64,000 nt of DNA, taken from Trichoplax adhaerens (lineage: Eukaryota; Animalia; Placozoa). The translations under genes and the position numbers were made by a program. This document shows, one piece after another, positions 1 to 15,800 of the stretch. Every line of letters starts with the position of its first letter. The stretch's first letter is position 1. The stretch covers positions 295,732-359,731 of the forward strand of contig NW_002060979.1 of assembly GCF_000150275.1 (NCBI RefSeq). The letters run 5' to 3'. The notes under the pieces were generated by a model that searched no databases, had not been told where the DNA came from, and worked only from the letters and a program-made list of their open reading frames with translations.

Positions 1-336
1 TTTATAAGATATAAAGATATATAGAACATAACATAGAAATAAAGTACATGTCAGGAAGATTAATTTTGTAATACTCTGTAGAATATTAATTTGGTTAATT
101 TCTAATAGACGAGGTGACTTGTATACTTAAACCAGTTTTAGATACCGAAAGCTATATAAGCGGTGGCTTCGCCGACAATAAATTAGATTGTGAATTTCTA
201 GTAACTTTGAAAGTCTCGGCGTTTTAAATTCTATCTGTCTAGGTATATCAATAGACTGGTATTCCAAATAACAGTAGGTTAATACGTCAATTACAGTTCT
301 ATTTCCACCTCAAACCTTAATAGTGACTCGAAGCCC

Positions 337-497
337 TACTGTATATAGTTATCTGTGCTCTAGCATAGAATCTTCCACTACAGTCTATTTTTATCAACTA
401 GTAAATATATCTTAAGATAATTATAGAAAGTCATGCTACCGTACATCATATTAAATATGGCTAAAAGTCTACAACCATAATAGCACGTTAAGTTACA
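337..497 (-). mobile_element. Fragment related to LTR family 2 (homologous to the right-hand end of 57248-57799); may extend beyond the window start
   Basis: tactgtatatagttatctgtgctctagcatagaatc...ctaccgtacatcatattaaatatggctaaaagtctacaacc...gttaca aligns by eye with 57649-57799 (tactgtatatagtcatctgtactctagcatagagtc...ctaccgtacattatactacacatggctaacagtctacaatc...attaca). It ends in TTACA like that element. Confidence 0.6.
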
Positions 498-3400
498 TAG
501 CAATAGATTAGTTTAATTTTGTAATCACGATTGTATTAACATATAAATTATAGGTTTTAAGTCATTAATTTAATTTAATTATAAAGCTTTCCTTTCTTAG
601 CGAAGCTTAGTTCTAACTAGTGGAATTAATACCAACAATGAAAATATGATGTTGATGTCTTTTTGCGGTTCTTGTGTGTTGTAATTCTTACTAAAATGAA
701 ATTTCAACCGTAACTGTTCAGAGACCGCTAAAAACATTAATGAATTCAATCTAATAATTAAAAATCAGCCCTGGTAATGAAATTAATACGCTTATTATGA
801 ATCGTACTAATATACTGTATGATCATTCTCGAAACAGATATTTCAGTTTACATATTCTGCTCTCTTCCTATGTTAGTAAGTCTACTATTTCATAAATTTT
901 TGGTCTCATTATGTCTTATCTATAAATAAAATATACTAAAATCACAGATTGAATAAAATTAAATTTACAGCAGCTCGGTGGGGTTTATTTGAGTAATAAC
1001 TTAGATTTATGGTACTAAGTTATAGTTCTTCTTGGCCATACGTCAAAATAATTATAATCTGATCTATTGGACTTTGATAATAGTAATCACAGCCGTTGAA
1101 ATTCTATTGTTATAAGATATATAAAGCAAAAAGGTCAATAAAATAGTAATAAAAGAGATATGTTATTGATCTCTGAAGGTTTCGAACTACTTAAAGGCGG
1201 TTCTGGAATGTGACTTTTATTAATGCTTTGATCAAATTATAGATATCGACTCTAACGATATATAAAATAAAAAAGTACAATGTTAGCTTAGTATTTTTAT
1301 TAAACACAGATTTCATTTATAGCTAACAAATAGTGTACGCCTTTATAGACAAAACATGTTTTAATCCCGTTATGAATCAATTTCTATTATTAAAATTAGA
1401 TTTCGGGATAGGTGATGATGCTACTTTTAATTATACTGTCTACTATTATCACAAGGAAAATCTTAAAATCTTTTGTAAAATAATGACTAAGTATTATTAC
1501 AAAGAAGATTAAAGCGAGCTATGAAATCATCATCGTAGTCTATCGTTCTCTCAAAACTTGTATATTATAATATTTGTTTACTACCACATTATAATAATTA
1601 GAATGTTAAGTGCGGCAGGCTTAAATCATTCATTCAATCCTAAAGCCAAGGTTTCATTAAATATTGTACAAAATTTCAATTCTAGTATAACAAGCTAGTG
1701 ACTGTTGCTGTCTGTATGATTACGTGTGTATGATCATAATACAGATAAAGTTAGAGTTTGCTAACTGAAATCTATGTGAGTCAATAACTAGCATAGGCAA
1801 AGAATTCATCTAATTAGTTGATAAATTATGTGCTGAATATCTTGCGTTGATAATATACTAAAAATATTGATGAAAACACTATCAGATCTTCTTGCTTCAA
1901 TTGTAAATTAAAAAGATGGATAGATGATTAAATATTCTATCAAGAAATATTAGCTAAAACCTATTAGCTAAATCTTCAAGACTTAGTGAGTGCCATCTTT
2001 CCATTACAAATATTTTTTTTATAACTTCAGGTGTGATTTTACTGTAACTCTTTAATACTATCATCTAACTTGTTATTGTGAATAAGTTTTCGGATTAGAA
2101 ATGTAAGTAATATGTGATTTAATATAGGTGTTTTCCATGTTTGCAATACTAATACAGTTAATATTACAGCATTTACTGGTGCTAATATGATATTTTTAGT
2201 GTGAGTTTATAATCTTCGATAAGTATTATTTATAAACATTCTACGATAACAATATGTTCAAAGCTATAATCTGGAATCTTTTAATTTGTGGTCTATAAGA
2301 TATTAATAACTAGTGAGAATTCCTGTATTTAAATCTAAGTTTACTGTGTTAGCTTCTTGAACATTAATTAATGATCTCAGTAATGTATAACCGTTACAAT
2401 CGCTTGTGTAACATAGAAGCTGCTTCTAATGACAGCCAAGCACAGATACTAGTCTTCCATAAGATCGAATCTAGAACTACATCATCAAAAGAAACTTGCT
2501 TTCTAATCTTCTAACTACACTAGTGACCAGCTACAGAGATGATAGGGAGCTTAAGACTGATAAACAACATCAGCTATCGTACATATACTATGTCAGTTGT
2601 CATATACTCTTAGATCTAAATTAGTGTAACTTTGTGCTCTTAACTAATTACCAGCTATTTACATATATAGGATTACTTATCACGATACTCGTGTCTTAAT
2701 AATAACTTCCGATTCGAAACCGCAATCTAGCACTACTGGTATAATTTACTATAGAGAAATCCTGTATCTCAACTTTGCCTGTGATAAGCGAAATTATTTT
2801 TAAAGCAAGACTTACAAATTCTAATGCGGTCGCAATAGCTCCATTTTAGAGTAATATACGAATATTGATGTAAGAATTTATGTGCTTATGATCAATATAC
2901 GTAAAATGGCAAAATTTTATTTTTACTCCTGTATGTTCCGATACTATAAGTATAAATTAGCAATACATGAGCCTACTGCTTTACATCTATTCACTCTTAA
3001 AACATTGTGGATGTCTTTACTGTAAGAAATGCTATCTATATTCGTATCAGGAGGCCAGGAAAAATAGAAGTTATTTATTTCTTTAAATCATGCAAGCCAT
3101 AATTCTTTTAAAATTTTGCTTAATTGATACTTTATCCACTTGAACCTCTAAATAACCTACTCTTACTAGCATTTTGATTATGCTTTTATAAGAAAACTTC
3201 AATTGTAGTAGTTAGTACAGTATATAATAGCATGTGGTAAGTAAACGAAAGTCTGTTACTATTTAGTTTAAAATGAATTTCTTTAAAACAGTCTGATGAA
3301 AGCCAGATAGTGGAGTTGAAATGATACAGTAGATCGAAAATGGATTTATCTTATTTGTGTAGGAATATAACCTATGAAGATTGTGATAAATTGAATATGA

Positions 3401-5472
3401 AAAGTGCTTAAAATTTATATTTTTGCAGTACTAATATGGGAAACAGTTAAGCAACTAATATTGCCGCTGACTAGGTTTACTATGACAGCTTAATCACTTA
3501 AAATATTTATAATGGGAATTAATATGGTTTAGTAAGATAAGTTAAGTATAATATTTTTGTGTTTTAAAAAGAGTTCATCAGCTGTTATGATTACATTTAC
3601 TTTTAGCAATGATAGTTCGTATTACCTCTGACTCCGGATAAAGCTTATTCGGAGTAAAAGCTATTAAAATTATCCGTGTAACATAGTGTTTCACAGTGTA
3701 CGATTAATGAATAAAGGTTAGCTTCTAGTTTTAGCTGAGCATAGAGCTATTTCTAAACGGTTTAAACTAAACTAATCCTTTATCACAATAACTGGTGATT
3801 AGGATGTACCGCTCCAGTCCGTATCTTAACTTTATGAAATTCTATTGTTGCGAATAAATTAAGGCGCTCGTAATGAAATTAGGCCGGACATTACAGTTTA
3901 ACCATTTCGAGAAATGATTAGCAAACGAATTAATTAATTGAGTCTATCTAATCCTGAAGCTGTCATAAAAAATTTTTGTAGCCGCAAATGTTCTAAAGAT
4001 AATATTATTTCTTAGAAGTTATATGCATTTAATTTTTGCTACCTAAAAAGGTAGTGTGATTAAGTATACAATATAACGACGATAATGATCAAATTTTTTG
4101 ATTTTGCACAGAAAAACCAATACATATTTAGCTCATTAAAGAATTAACGCATGATCTTAGGCAATCATTCGTCTAAATAAGGGTCATAAGATCTGACTAG
4201 CATCATCTTACTTCTATATTTTTATTAGCATTTTTAGTGCCTAGCTGAGATCTTGTACGCGTAACTAAGAAAATTGAGATTTTAGTGACATTACTATCTT
4301 TAACGATTAAAATTGGATCAGTTAGAATGAATGATAACATATTAATTTCAATTGATAATAGCAATCAGATAGCTAGATACCTTAGCCTAAAAATTTTTTT
4401 ATATAAAAATTTAATTATAGGGCTCAAAGTTTGATTTCTACAAATATTGGTGTGCTTCTGAATAAGAATTCCGGTCCCTTGTTGAATAAGGCAAAAAAAG
4501 TAAATTCAGATAAACAGGAGACCTTTCTAAAAATGTTAGAGGAGTTAGGTCACAATTTTTGGCGGTAGGTTTGTGATGCATTTCAAGATATTGTGATACT
4601 TAAATTTTGTACGGTTGTGAAAATAAACAATATCATTACTTATTTGGTCTATCTGCGATGCTAATTTGAGATTAAAATCAGAAGATCGACAATTGATCGA
4701 TAGTAAGGTTTCGCAATTGATAAGTTAAAGTTTTTGCATGTAAATTTGAAATAGATCTTTTAAATTCCTATAATACACGTATAAATTTCTCTTGACGTCT
4801 ATTTACCTATCTGATGACGTTAATATTATTTTAAAAATTCTATCTTTGGGAAGCTATTAAATAAACGCCAGCATTGAATAAAAGATTTGACAATTGGCTA
4901 CTATTAACGAAAAATGTAGGTATTGAATTCATTTACACATTTTTATTATCTTGATCAAATGATGGATTTCAACTTTTATCACCAGCACCGGAATTGAGAC
5001 GGTTATGCTGCAGTGCTCTAATGAAATGATAATAATACATTCTACGGAAGTATTCTAACCTATTAATGCATCGAAAATAATCTTTTGTCCTTGCAGCATA
5101 CTGAAAATATATTACTCTATGTGGTATCAATTTCAGGAGTATTCTTTACCTGTTCTACGTTTGGAATATCGTTTATATTACGATCATTCAAATTAATTGA
5201 GATTCAATCATTATCTCATTTTTCAACCAAATAATTAGTTGATATGATATTAATCAAATATGACATAAACATAATCCTGAAAGAATGATCGATTATAATA
5301 TTATAAAAGTGGTTCATATTTTCTTATTAAAAAGAATAGTCTAAGATAAACTGTAAGTCAATAGAGAGCTGGAAGTATAAAATACTTTAATTTTACTTTA
5401 GATACGTTTATTTTCTACGTTTAATTTGGAATTGACTTTGCTGTCTTTCAGTGATTTTCGAAAGGGTCAAAT

Positions 5473-8400
5473 ATGATATTAAAACATTTAGCTAATAGCA
5501 AGATCCTCTATGTAGCTTTGGTAAGTGCCATATTTTCCGTAAAGTAAAGATAATATCATGATTGTGTTTTAAGACTTGGTATATTTACTAGCTTGTAGCA
5601 ATAGTTATCGCGAAACGTTTGGCTGTTATAGTTATATATACCGTTATATAACCAGAATAATGCATTCTATACCTAGATAATTTCTATTTAAGTTTAAACT
5701 TTTCAGTTATTGCTGTAATAAAAACATGAAATATGGCTTATTTTCATGTCTTCGCCTTATATATTTATTTTCTGTCCGATGAAAAAGTCAGAATCTGTAT
5801 CTTAAGCCCTCTGCAGTACAACTGTAAACTTACATGTTTTTAAGATGTCTTAGTATTTGATGCAGCCTGACAGTTTATAAGTTAATATCTTCCAGTGTCA
5901 ATTTTAAACAATTTAACTAGATTTTCTTTACGTAAATGCTTGCAATCTACAATTTTGTAAATTTTCTCTTTCTAGTGGCATTCCTATATTCTCGTACGTT
6001 TTATTTACATTTCTATCTTAGACCTACCTGAAGCCTTAGTTTTTCACGGAAGAAAATTTCACTACTGTGCTTTATAATCATATAGTTATTGCATCACAAT
6101 TGCTCTTTCAATCGTTTCTTTTTATCGCAGTGCGATTGTGATTATAAATCTTAGTTTCGTAGACAATGATCTTTGATTTATTTACCGTTGCAATTTTTAT
6201 AAAGTAAAATTTAAGTCTTATTACTTAGTTTGTAAATCTTACTTTATGATTAAACTAGATCTGCGGATGTTTCTGTCAGACTCAAGCTCAAGAACAATCT
6301 ATTGGTAAGTTAAATTAATGCAGAATTTTATGTTAGTAGTGAAACCTACACCTAGGCTAATCCATGAACTCTCAGGCATTGGTTACAGTAATTCTTTAGA
6401 TATAGCATATTATTACTAATCTTTAGGGTTTATTTCTCACATTTATTTATTCAAGTATATAACTTTAGATAACATATTCTGTATCAGCATATCTTAAGTT
6501 ATTTGAAACAATTATTATTAGATATGAATGGCTAGTTATAATACGAATATTATTTCATTTATGATGAACTAATCCGAAACTTCTCTAAAATTTATAAAAT
6601 TCAGAACTGATCATTGAATAGAATCTGAGTGTAGTTATAGAATCAATATGAATCTTTTCATCAGAAGTATCTGTTAAGCTAGTTTTCATAAGATAAATAT
6701 TGTACTGTTTATTTGATAGCAATAAATTTCCGTAAGAATTAGCTTGTGCTGCAGTATTCAGAATAGTATATGTTTGTATCCATTGTTTATGACAAGAAAA
6801 AGCTTAGTTTAAGGTATATTATGAAAATGTTTTGCTGAATTTAACTTCAAAAATTTTGCCTAAGTTTTCATCTAACTTTGCTAGCATATCGAATGTTGTT
6901 TAGCATCAAAAGAAGACTGTTTAAAAAATGGCCTAAACTGTAGCTCAGATGCTGTCTGTTCATCCATGACCAACGGCTCTTATGTTACTTATATATGCTC
7001 ATGTAAATCAGGATTTAATGGAGATGGATTTAGATGTTACGGTAAGATTATTAAAAAGAAATTTTTTAAACAAATTTATAAGAGTCTGTTTCTACACTTT
7101 ATAATACCATTTATTTAACTTAAATTTATGTAAGTATCTCCATTCTTCCATTGATGTTCCATTTTGGGTTCTAAGATATTCAGCTTTGCTTATATACGGC
7201 AACATATTTTAATGATAAAATGGTTGTCTGCGACTTTATGTGAAATTTGCTTATCTTATTATCTTACTAGTCCTGATGATAGAACTTCTAAGATTATGTC
7301 TTGGCAACTTTAGTTCTAACGGAGAATCAATTTTAAAATGACAAACTACAATATTGAATTTAATCAATTGAAGAGTGAGTAGTTATTAGAAGCTTATACT
7401 TACAGTAATAACGTTATGAACTTTCAAAAATTTTATCAAGAAGTATGATTAGTAATTAGTAATATCGCTCTATCTTTACTTAAATAAACTAATAATATTA
7501 ATGAAAAACTTGTCTGAATACTAAGCGTAGGCTAGAATGTAGTGAATAGTATGAGTCAACTTGAGTTGTTGATTTGCTCTTAGATATCATAACATATACA
7601 TGGTATGAAGTTCTTTTAACAGTCCACTATCGTCATCAAAATAAACTGAAAAAATATTTACGTGAAAATTTCTTAATTTGAAGCCCAAAGCTTAAAATTA
7701 AAGGAAATGGCTTTCGGAAGTTTTCAATTTTTATATTGAATTTTAGACATTGATGAATGTGCAGCTCAAGGAATTGGTATTGGAAGTCCTTGTCCCCTAG
7801 AAAAAAATCAAGTTTGTGTTAATTCTATTGGCTCATATCGTTGTGTTTGCGCGAGCTATGCCCGTAATGCGAGCTACTTTAAAGACTGTAGAAGTAAGTC
7901 AGTAATTTTAGAGATAGTTAAATATATGATATTAAAATTGTTAATTTTATAATTTGAGGCATTGAAGAAATATAATCTCGACCTTAGAAAGTTTATTGAA
8001 TTCTTTTGTCTAAAAGAGGAAAATTTAGATTTTATTCTTCAAATGGTTATTTTACTTTTAAATATTTGGAAATTAAGGGTGCAAGTTAAATTGCGAGAAC
8101 GGAGGATATTGTCTGGTGAATAACAAGGATTGGGCATATTGCAGGCAAGTATTGAGAAACTAAGATTATTGCAGTGCTACACAATAGATATGCTGCGCTT
8201 ATCTTCGAATGAGGTGACTACTAAGAAAATAATGTAGGGTTGAAAAACTAAAGAGAAATTGATTCTAGAAACTTTGTAAATTATACCTGCAGTATTAGAG
8301 AATTTTGAGGTAGCTAACTTAAAAAGTTGACACTAATAATAATTCTAAAAATAATTATACACATATGTCACGAATGACGCTGCAATAAGAAAGAACTTAT

Positions 8401-10356
8401 TGTGACTTTGGTATAAAGTAGAAGAATTCTGGCTGAGATTATTCAGCTTTACCTACAAATATCCTTAATTTCATTAACAGAAAAATTGCCTACCAAAAGA
8501 AGCTATTTCAGTTACCAATATTACTAATTTTTTGAAGTTCAAAACACTAGTAAGCATGCAAACAAGTTCTATTGCGATTTAATAATAAAAGTTTCTACTA
8601 TCTTGCCATTAATGATTAGGTATTGCAAAATTTAATACTCATTTCGTACTCTAGTTTATGCAAGATATAAATTTAAGCCATATTTTGCGAAATTTCGTTC
8701 TACAGTCAGTTTAGGCTTAAATAAGAGGACGAATCTAGTTAGAAGATAGAATAAATAGTTTATTAAGATATTCATTTAGATATAAATACTCCAGATTGGA
8801 CGTAACCAATAAAACGGGACCTTGATCGCGCAATTATGAGTACTCCAACAGTGAGTATTTCATAAGTTGCAGACGCAGCAAGTTATTCACCGCATTGACT
8901 TAGTTATTGATTAAGTTTTACTTTATTTTTTACTTATTAACAATGATGTGCATCATTATACTGACATTTAATATTAGTATTTACAGCATGATAAATCGAA
9001 ATTACGTTAATCATAAGATTACTACTTTGTAATACTAACATCATTGTAACAGTGTACTTATTATACCTGTTCTGATGAGGATTTACTGTAAAGGCTAGTT
9101 AGAAGATAATATTTGTAGCTGAAAATACATCAGTTGAAAGGTCGCTATCAAAATAATCAAGAACTTCGTATAAGCTAGTATGAACGTGATTTTGCGGAAA
9201 AAATACCGAAGAGATATTATTTCCGAATGTAACATACAGAAATAATATATCATTTAAATTATAGTTGGCAATATAGGAGCCTTGCTTTTAAATTTACGAG
9301 CATTGGTTAACGAAAATTCTTTAGGTTTTTCTGTCTACCATTTAATAGCTCATTAAATTTATTAACCGTACTGTTTTGTTTCAGATGTGAAGCTAGTTAT
9401 ACTGGCCATCTTTGCGATAAAATTGAACCATTAGCAAGTTAGATTCTGTACCAACCTCTTAGTTAATCTATGAATTACACGCGTTTATCTGAGTTAATCG
9501 ATTTATAAATATTTCCTTACTAGGTTCGACAGTAGCCATTATTGTAGCTATATCTGTATCTGTACCAATTGGAACATTATTGGTTGGCTGTTACTTATTT
9601 CTTCGTTGGAGGAGTGAACAAGGGTAAATATGCAGATATCTTTTCCTGATACTATAACATTTTAAACATCTTCAATATGATTATATGGATTACTTCATAT
9701 TGATATTGTATAAAAATTAACCTAAAGTTTAAAATAGTGCTATAGAGTACCACTGCAGTATTTTAACCTTATCTAAGTGAATTGAATATAATCTAGATAA
9801 CTAGTGACCTACTTAAACCGTAGTTAATAATAAACTTAGGTATTGTTTAAATGAATAGATCGATATGTCGTTTTCAGTTTTAAACTGTACAACTTCGCTG
9901 CTTTGATTATTTAACATCGAGATAATAAATCTGGTATCGCCATTGCAATTATTTGACAATGTCTTATAAGTGTACGTATTTACTGATTATTTCTAATATA
10001 AATATGGTGAATATTAAAACAAATATAACTTAGATAAGATAACATATTATAAAATACTTCAAAACTAAAAATAATTTGATTAGGACAGCTGATGTACCGT
10101 ATTATATGAAATTCTCATACAGTTTAATTTTGTTTACTGTTAACAATAAGTCTAAAATATGCTTGTAAAAGATCATTTATTTCTGACTTCCTCCAATTAT
10201 TTATGGATTCAATTGAAAAGGGAGAAAAACTATCGCCGCAACAGATTAAATAGGGATCAATCTACAGTCCGCAAGTGTTTGACCGGAGAAGAAACTGCAA
10301 TGTGCAAATCGTTGAGTGAATTTGAAATGTCCAGTAAATCAAGTAATTTTGCCTAA
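5473..10356 (+). CDS. Gene A: small type I membrane protein, signal peptide-EGF-cbEGF-split EGF-TM-cytoplasmic tail (~244 aa); proEGF/TGF-alpha-like layout
   Basis: Phase-consistent exons 5473-5520 (MILKHLANSKILYVAL), 6259-6304 (ICGCFCQTQAQEQSI), 6904-7041 (EGF), 7747-7893 (DIDEC cbEGF), 8078-8144 (GC donor), 9385-9437, 9524-9623 (TM STVAIIVAISVSVPIGTLLVGCYLFL) and 10221-10356 (matches ORF 10159..10356). Total 735 nt, open to TAA. Confidence 0.8.
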
Positions 10357-12814
10357 AAATATACGGTTACGAGCATTTTGTGAAAAAAACGAAGTCGAAC
10401 TGCAACGTCAGAGTAATGGACAATCTGGCAGATTTTTTCACTAGAATTTGATTCTAATATTTTATAAATCATATTTATTAGTAAATAAGATTATTATTCT
10501 CTAATAACAAAAGAAATTAATACTTATTATTGATCTATATTAAAGGTTAACTAAAAATATTGTGCTCTGTCATTGCCTATATAAATTAGACGAAATTACT
10601 GCCGTGCCTATAGCCATGCAATAAAAAATTTAATAGTATCCATTCGATTATTATCTTCTGTTCAGTCGGTAGGCGAACTTAGGAAATCTTAAAAGTATAG
10701 AAAGTAATTCTTGAATCCAGAAGCGTATTGTTTCGTTATTGCAATATTAGAAATATTTGATTTGAAAGTTCAAATTTTTAGATTTTGATCATTTTCAATT
10801 TCTTAAATTAATATTTTATCGCTACTTCTAATTATTACGGGTATGCACTAGGCGGGTAAGCATTTTAATGATTTCAAATCAGTCGGAAATATACCTCTAT
10901 TTCGTATGATGAAAACTATATTCGTTATGATCAATTTCTTTTTGTTTCTTTATTGTTTTCTGTAATCTGAATAAATAATTATTATCTAGTCTTGATGAAT
11001 TTCCTATCACTATTGGAAATTTGTTTGTCACTTAAATATAACGATTTCTTAATTTTTAATTATGGATAACAATAAATGATATAAATAATAGAATGATTTC
11101 CTTGACATTAAGAGAATACTGCGTTCTATAGCTTATATAATGTAAAATAATAATGATTATTGGGCAGATATTTTAGATACTAACAAGGCTTTTTGATAAT
11201 TTATGGTTACATGAAAAAGCATTTGCTTTAATACCGCAATTTAGACACAGTAGCATATAGTATTAGCAATCCCATTATTAGGAATTTATTTTAAAATTCA
11301 GGTAATGTCTATGGTAGATCAAAAGTATTAAAAGATATTTACTGAAAGCAGATTGATATTTTATTCTACTCAGTCCTGGCCTGTTTGGTTTATAGCTTTG
11401 TATAGCCATATATTGTCATTTTGCTTAAGAGACAATTGTAATCTAGATAACTGTTCAGCAATAATGTAAGTTTTGGAAAATAAGAGTAACTCTTTAGTAT
11501 ACTACAACACAAGAAATATGCGGATAGTAATTTTTGCGCTCAGTAGATCGAAATAACGAAATAAAAGCTAGATTGGTCTAAAGAATTAGATAAAGTGATT
11601 GTATACATCAATATTTCCAACTTAACTTGTCTATGTGTCAATAATGCACATTTTCTGAATCTAATATTAAAACCGCATAGTATTACATATGTTTTAAAGC
11701 AAGATATAAATAAGCTCAATCTTCTCTTAGTAAATATCCTGTAATGCTAAAAATAGTTCTTGAATGACTTTTACAATGTTGTGTAATACATTCGAAAGTA
11801 TTTTAACTAATATCGAATCTCGCTAGATTATATTTTTAAATATTCATATCATTACTTTAAATAATTACCTACAATATTATATTATCTATTTTTGGAATAA
11901 AATTTGTTATAATAGAATGAACTTTAATTCTAAAATCACAGCTAATGATCTGCCTTAGAGATTGGAGTTTGTAACAGCTTAAGAGAAGAAAGCTGTCAGG
12001 TTTTACTTTAGAAAGATAGGAACGAGTTCTAAATGAAGGTAGCTGAAATTGGAAGCTATTGCTATATGCTGCTAACCTGACTTGTGATAATAGAGTATAT
12101 TATAAAAAATCTAGTTAATGTAAGGGCTTTAAATTGTTGATTATTTATTTTAAGGGATGATTTACTGAACATATCGAAGTTATCCGAAATATAAGGTTCT
12201 GTTCGACTTGTTCCTAGCAGACCATCACAGTTTCAGCGGCGAAACAGCTGAGACAACAGATTGTAAATGCTTGTTTAGAGAAATTTAGTGCATTGACAAT
12301 ATATTACGTTATTTATCACGTTATAGAATAAGATAAGATTCATACTATATGTCGATGGAACTTTGAAGAGTATCAAAGACTGTAGTAATGCTCAATTAGC
12401 ATATTATAATCTCTTTTAATAATAGAGTCGGTTAAGAATTGCCATTGACTGATACTTATTTACAAAATATAAAAGATCGCATGAGTTTGATTTGCAAATT
12501 AGACAATAGCCATTCAGGTGGTAAATTTCTTTTTTTCGATAAAGCTTTAATAGATAGCGATAATTTTATTAAGTAAATAATAGAATTTGTGGACATTATA
12601 AAATTTCGTTTTTATCAAAGTATAAGGTTTAGTCTATGAGCTAACTCAAAGTTTGTAACAATTAAAAACACAAAGTAAGGTTAAAACATCTTGCTTATTA
12701 GCAAAGCCTCTCACAAGGGTTCACCTGGAGACTTACCAACAATCACTAAATTTTGCATGAAATTTCAAGCTGGCAGTAATAGGATAAATAGTTATTGCTA
12801 TTTGAAGAACGAAA

Positions 12815-15800
12815 ATGAAAATTGCCGTAGCTTTCGCGATTATATGCATGATGGTAATCATATTTAGTTTATCATATAACATTTAAAAATCATTTACCTT
12901 ATCTAGGGATAATCTTTTAAAACCTACACTTGACTATGTTGACCTATTGATTAAAATTATGGCTTTGTCACAAAATAGCTTTGCAACAAGATAACGCAAT
13001 ATACGATCAATAAGTCAATTCCTTGAATCACGTATCAAGGAACGATATCTGCACTATCACATACACTTTTGCTCTACTAGCAGACTACACAAAGACTTAA
13101 ACGCCTCGTATTTTACGTTAAACACTAAGTTGGACAATTCTTCTTTATTTCACGATATACTGCATTTATATGCTATTTCTCAATAGTTCATGATTCATAG
13201 TTAATACAATTAACATTAGAATCATTTACTGAATTAGATATTAATTTTAGCTACTGCTCCCTTAATGCAGACAACAGTATTTACGAACATAGACATGTAA
13301 TGACTAATACAGAATAGTCAGATTACGATATGTCCTATCACGGAACATTTCCATGATAATTTACAGTCTACCATAAGTAAATTACAATCACAATGATTGG
13401 AACTGTAAGCAGATGATTTGCATTCCCTATTATAACTATTAATTTCAGTATGTGTATAAGTGTCACTGTCATAAAAAGTCAGTGCTATATTGAAATACAG
13501 TATATCCAAATTAGAAGTTAACTAAATAAGGATAGTCTAATAGAATTATCCTAACATGGATATTTCTACTGTAATACAGTATATAACACTGTAACAGGAT
13601 TGCATAAAGTTACTAATATCAGGGCTTCCTTCAATGATAATGCTCAAAGTTTAATAGCTTATACTTAAATGTGCGTTCCATGTACTCTATATCTTAAAAA
13701 ACATATTGTACTCATTCGATATTTGGACTAAATTCACACTATCGAACAATTTAAGGCATTTCGAAATGAATATCTAATGAATAATTACATTCTGGTAATA
13801 CGATGTCTTAGGAAATTTATTAGATACTTTTATGTGATTGACTTAGTATCTTAGTAAAATCTGGCATACAGATTTATTGATAAAGTGAAATTACTGATTT
13901 AGTATCGATTGCTGTAATTAACAAAATAATGTGTTACCTCACTTTTACCTTTTCGAAATTCCTGTTAGATGCGCTGGTCTAAATAAGATTATTATGGCCA
14001 AATCAGCGATTTATTAGCCACATAATACGCGATAGATTAAATCAAATAACTAACTTAGGTTATCTTTATATTGCTTGAGTCATTTTGTTGAATGCCTTAT
14101 TTAAGTTTAGAGTAGAGCATCGCAATGATGTTAGTCATCGGCAAGATTCAATTCTTAAAAATGTTTAGGACTTGTAATAGTATTTTAATATTACGTTAAT
14201 GCTATTACGCTGATTTAGATCGTGCTTTTACCTCCCAGTGAGGGTATATCCGTTTCTACCTAGAGAAATAAGATGCTAAGAATTTTTACTTAGTCGATTT
14301 AGCCGGACAGACGATAAAATTTTACTAAATGATCTGTAGTGTGAATTATAATTCTATTTACTGTCATGTGCGGTCAACAATGCGATTTATGATTAATCTA
14401 TATGTTTGAGAGAGTATGATAAATCATTCAATTGAGAAATTCAAACATTTTCATCAAAATGTGATTTATGAGTATTTTACTTCATCCATACTGTGAGAGA
14501 TAGGTTCTTTACAAAGTGCTCACTAAAATGCGACCTAAGACAGAAAACGTGTAGGCATGATAAAAAGCAAATTATCATTAAGTTTTAGTAAGCAATGGTT
14601 AGATAAAAGTTCAGAAGTAACTATTGATATCGTAAGAAGTCATCAAAGATATCAGAAAATAATTTAAGTTCATTACTTTGAGTGTTATTACGGAGTAACC
14701 TATTGCACTCCCGAACAACTGTAGCATTTTAATATTTTTATATAATTCGGGGAAACAACTTGCTATATTTAACTAAAGAAGTTACGAATACTGATAGTGC
14801 TTTGTACTTCGATCAACTGATTTTCCTAAACTGTATTTTGATAGGTTCTATCGGCTGCTGGAAATACGTGGTGTCTCAGAAATGATTCCAACGGTAAATT
14901 TTAAATAGCATTTTTTTGAAACTATGAAACCATCAGTATCTGTATACATCCTTAACTTTAAAGTAAAGTACAAAAGGTATATATCGAATTCTGTTACGCT
15001 TGATTATGTTCTGGTTTGAAGTAGTTTTGATATTTCACCTTAAAAATTTATCCATACCGTTACAATATTTTGTCTATAATTAGAAATCGGTTATAATAGA
15101 TAAAATTTATAGAGGTGACTTGGTAATGGCAGCCAATTCGCGTCTGGATGATAAGACGATCACAAAACAAGTTACATTTTCCGTAAGTTATAATTTAAAA
15201 TCTGTATTTTTCCCCTATACTTTAAGCTATCATCGTTACTAATAAAGGTCTAATTTTCTAGGTAGCCAAAGTAATAAATCAAAGCTTAAAATTGAGAGTA
15301 TTTCCATTAACTGTTACAGTTGATAAAATTTTGTGAGTGCTTGTGTGATAGAATGGTGTATATTTTTTTACCTAAGTATTCTTTACATAGTTATTCGTAT
15401 GTGCTTTATGATAGAAACCTCATCCTTCAGAGTGATTGAATTCGTTGTAGCGAGAATATTATGATATTCAACAATTTATTTACATTCCAGTTTAACTCAG
15501 TATACAGCGGTGTTCTCAAGAGTAGATTTACTATTATTAATATTATTCTACAAAATCATTTAAAATCGATATTGGAAATTGTAATGACCGAGTAATACTC
15601 TTTTACTATTACTGTAGCTTCGCGACCTCTAACTCTTAATCTGAGTTATTCAAGTTAAGCAAATCCTTTCGATATGCAATAAACCGTCTCGACCGAGAGA
15701 ATAGTTTTAAAACTACGTTTATTATTCCGTCTGTCCGCAAGAGCGAATTCAATTTTTACCTCTCATATGATCAGTCGAAAACAGCTAAGATAAACCGGAT

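Noticed and set aside
500-5400. Scattered exon-like stretches (e.g. minus strand ~2680-2780)
   Set aside because: In-frame stops and no consistent exon chain or recognisable domain.
13318-13509. 63-aa ORF MDILYFNIAL... repeated at 23527, 58370 and 60176 as a small gene family
   Set aside because: It lies inside the family-1 LTR, starts at TTG and is disrupted in the diverged 49411 copy. Its conservation reflects repeat identity.
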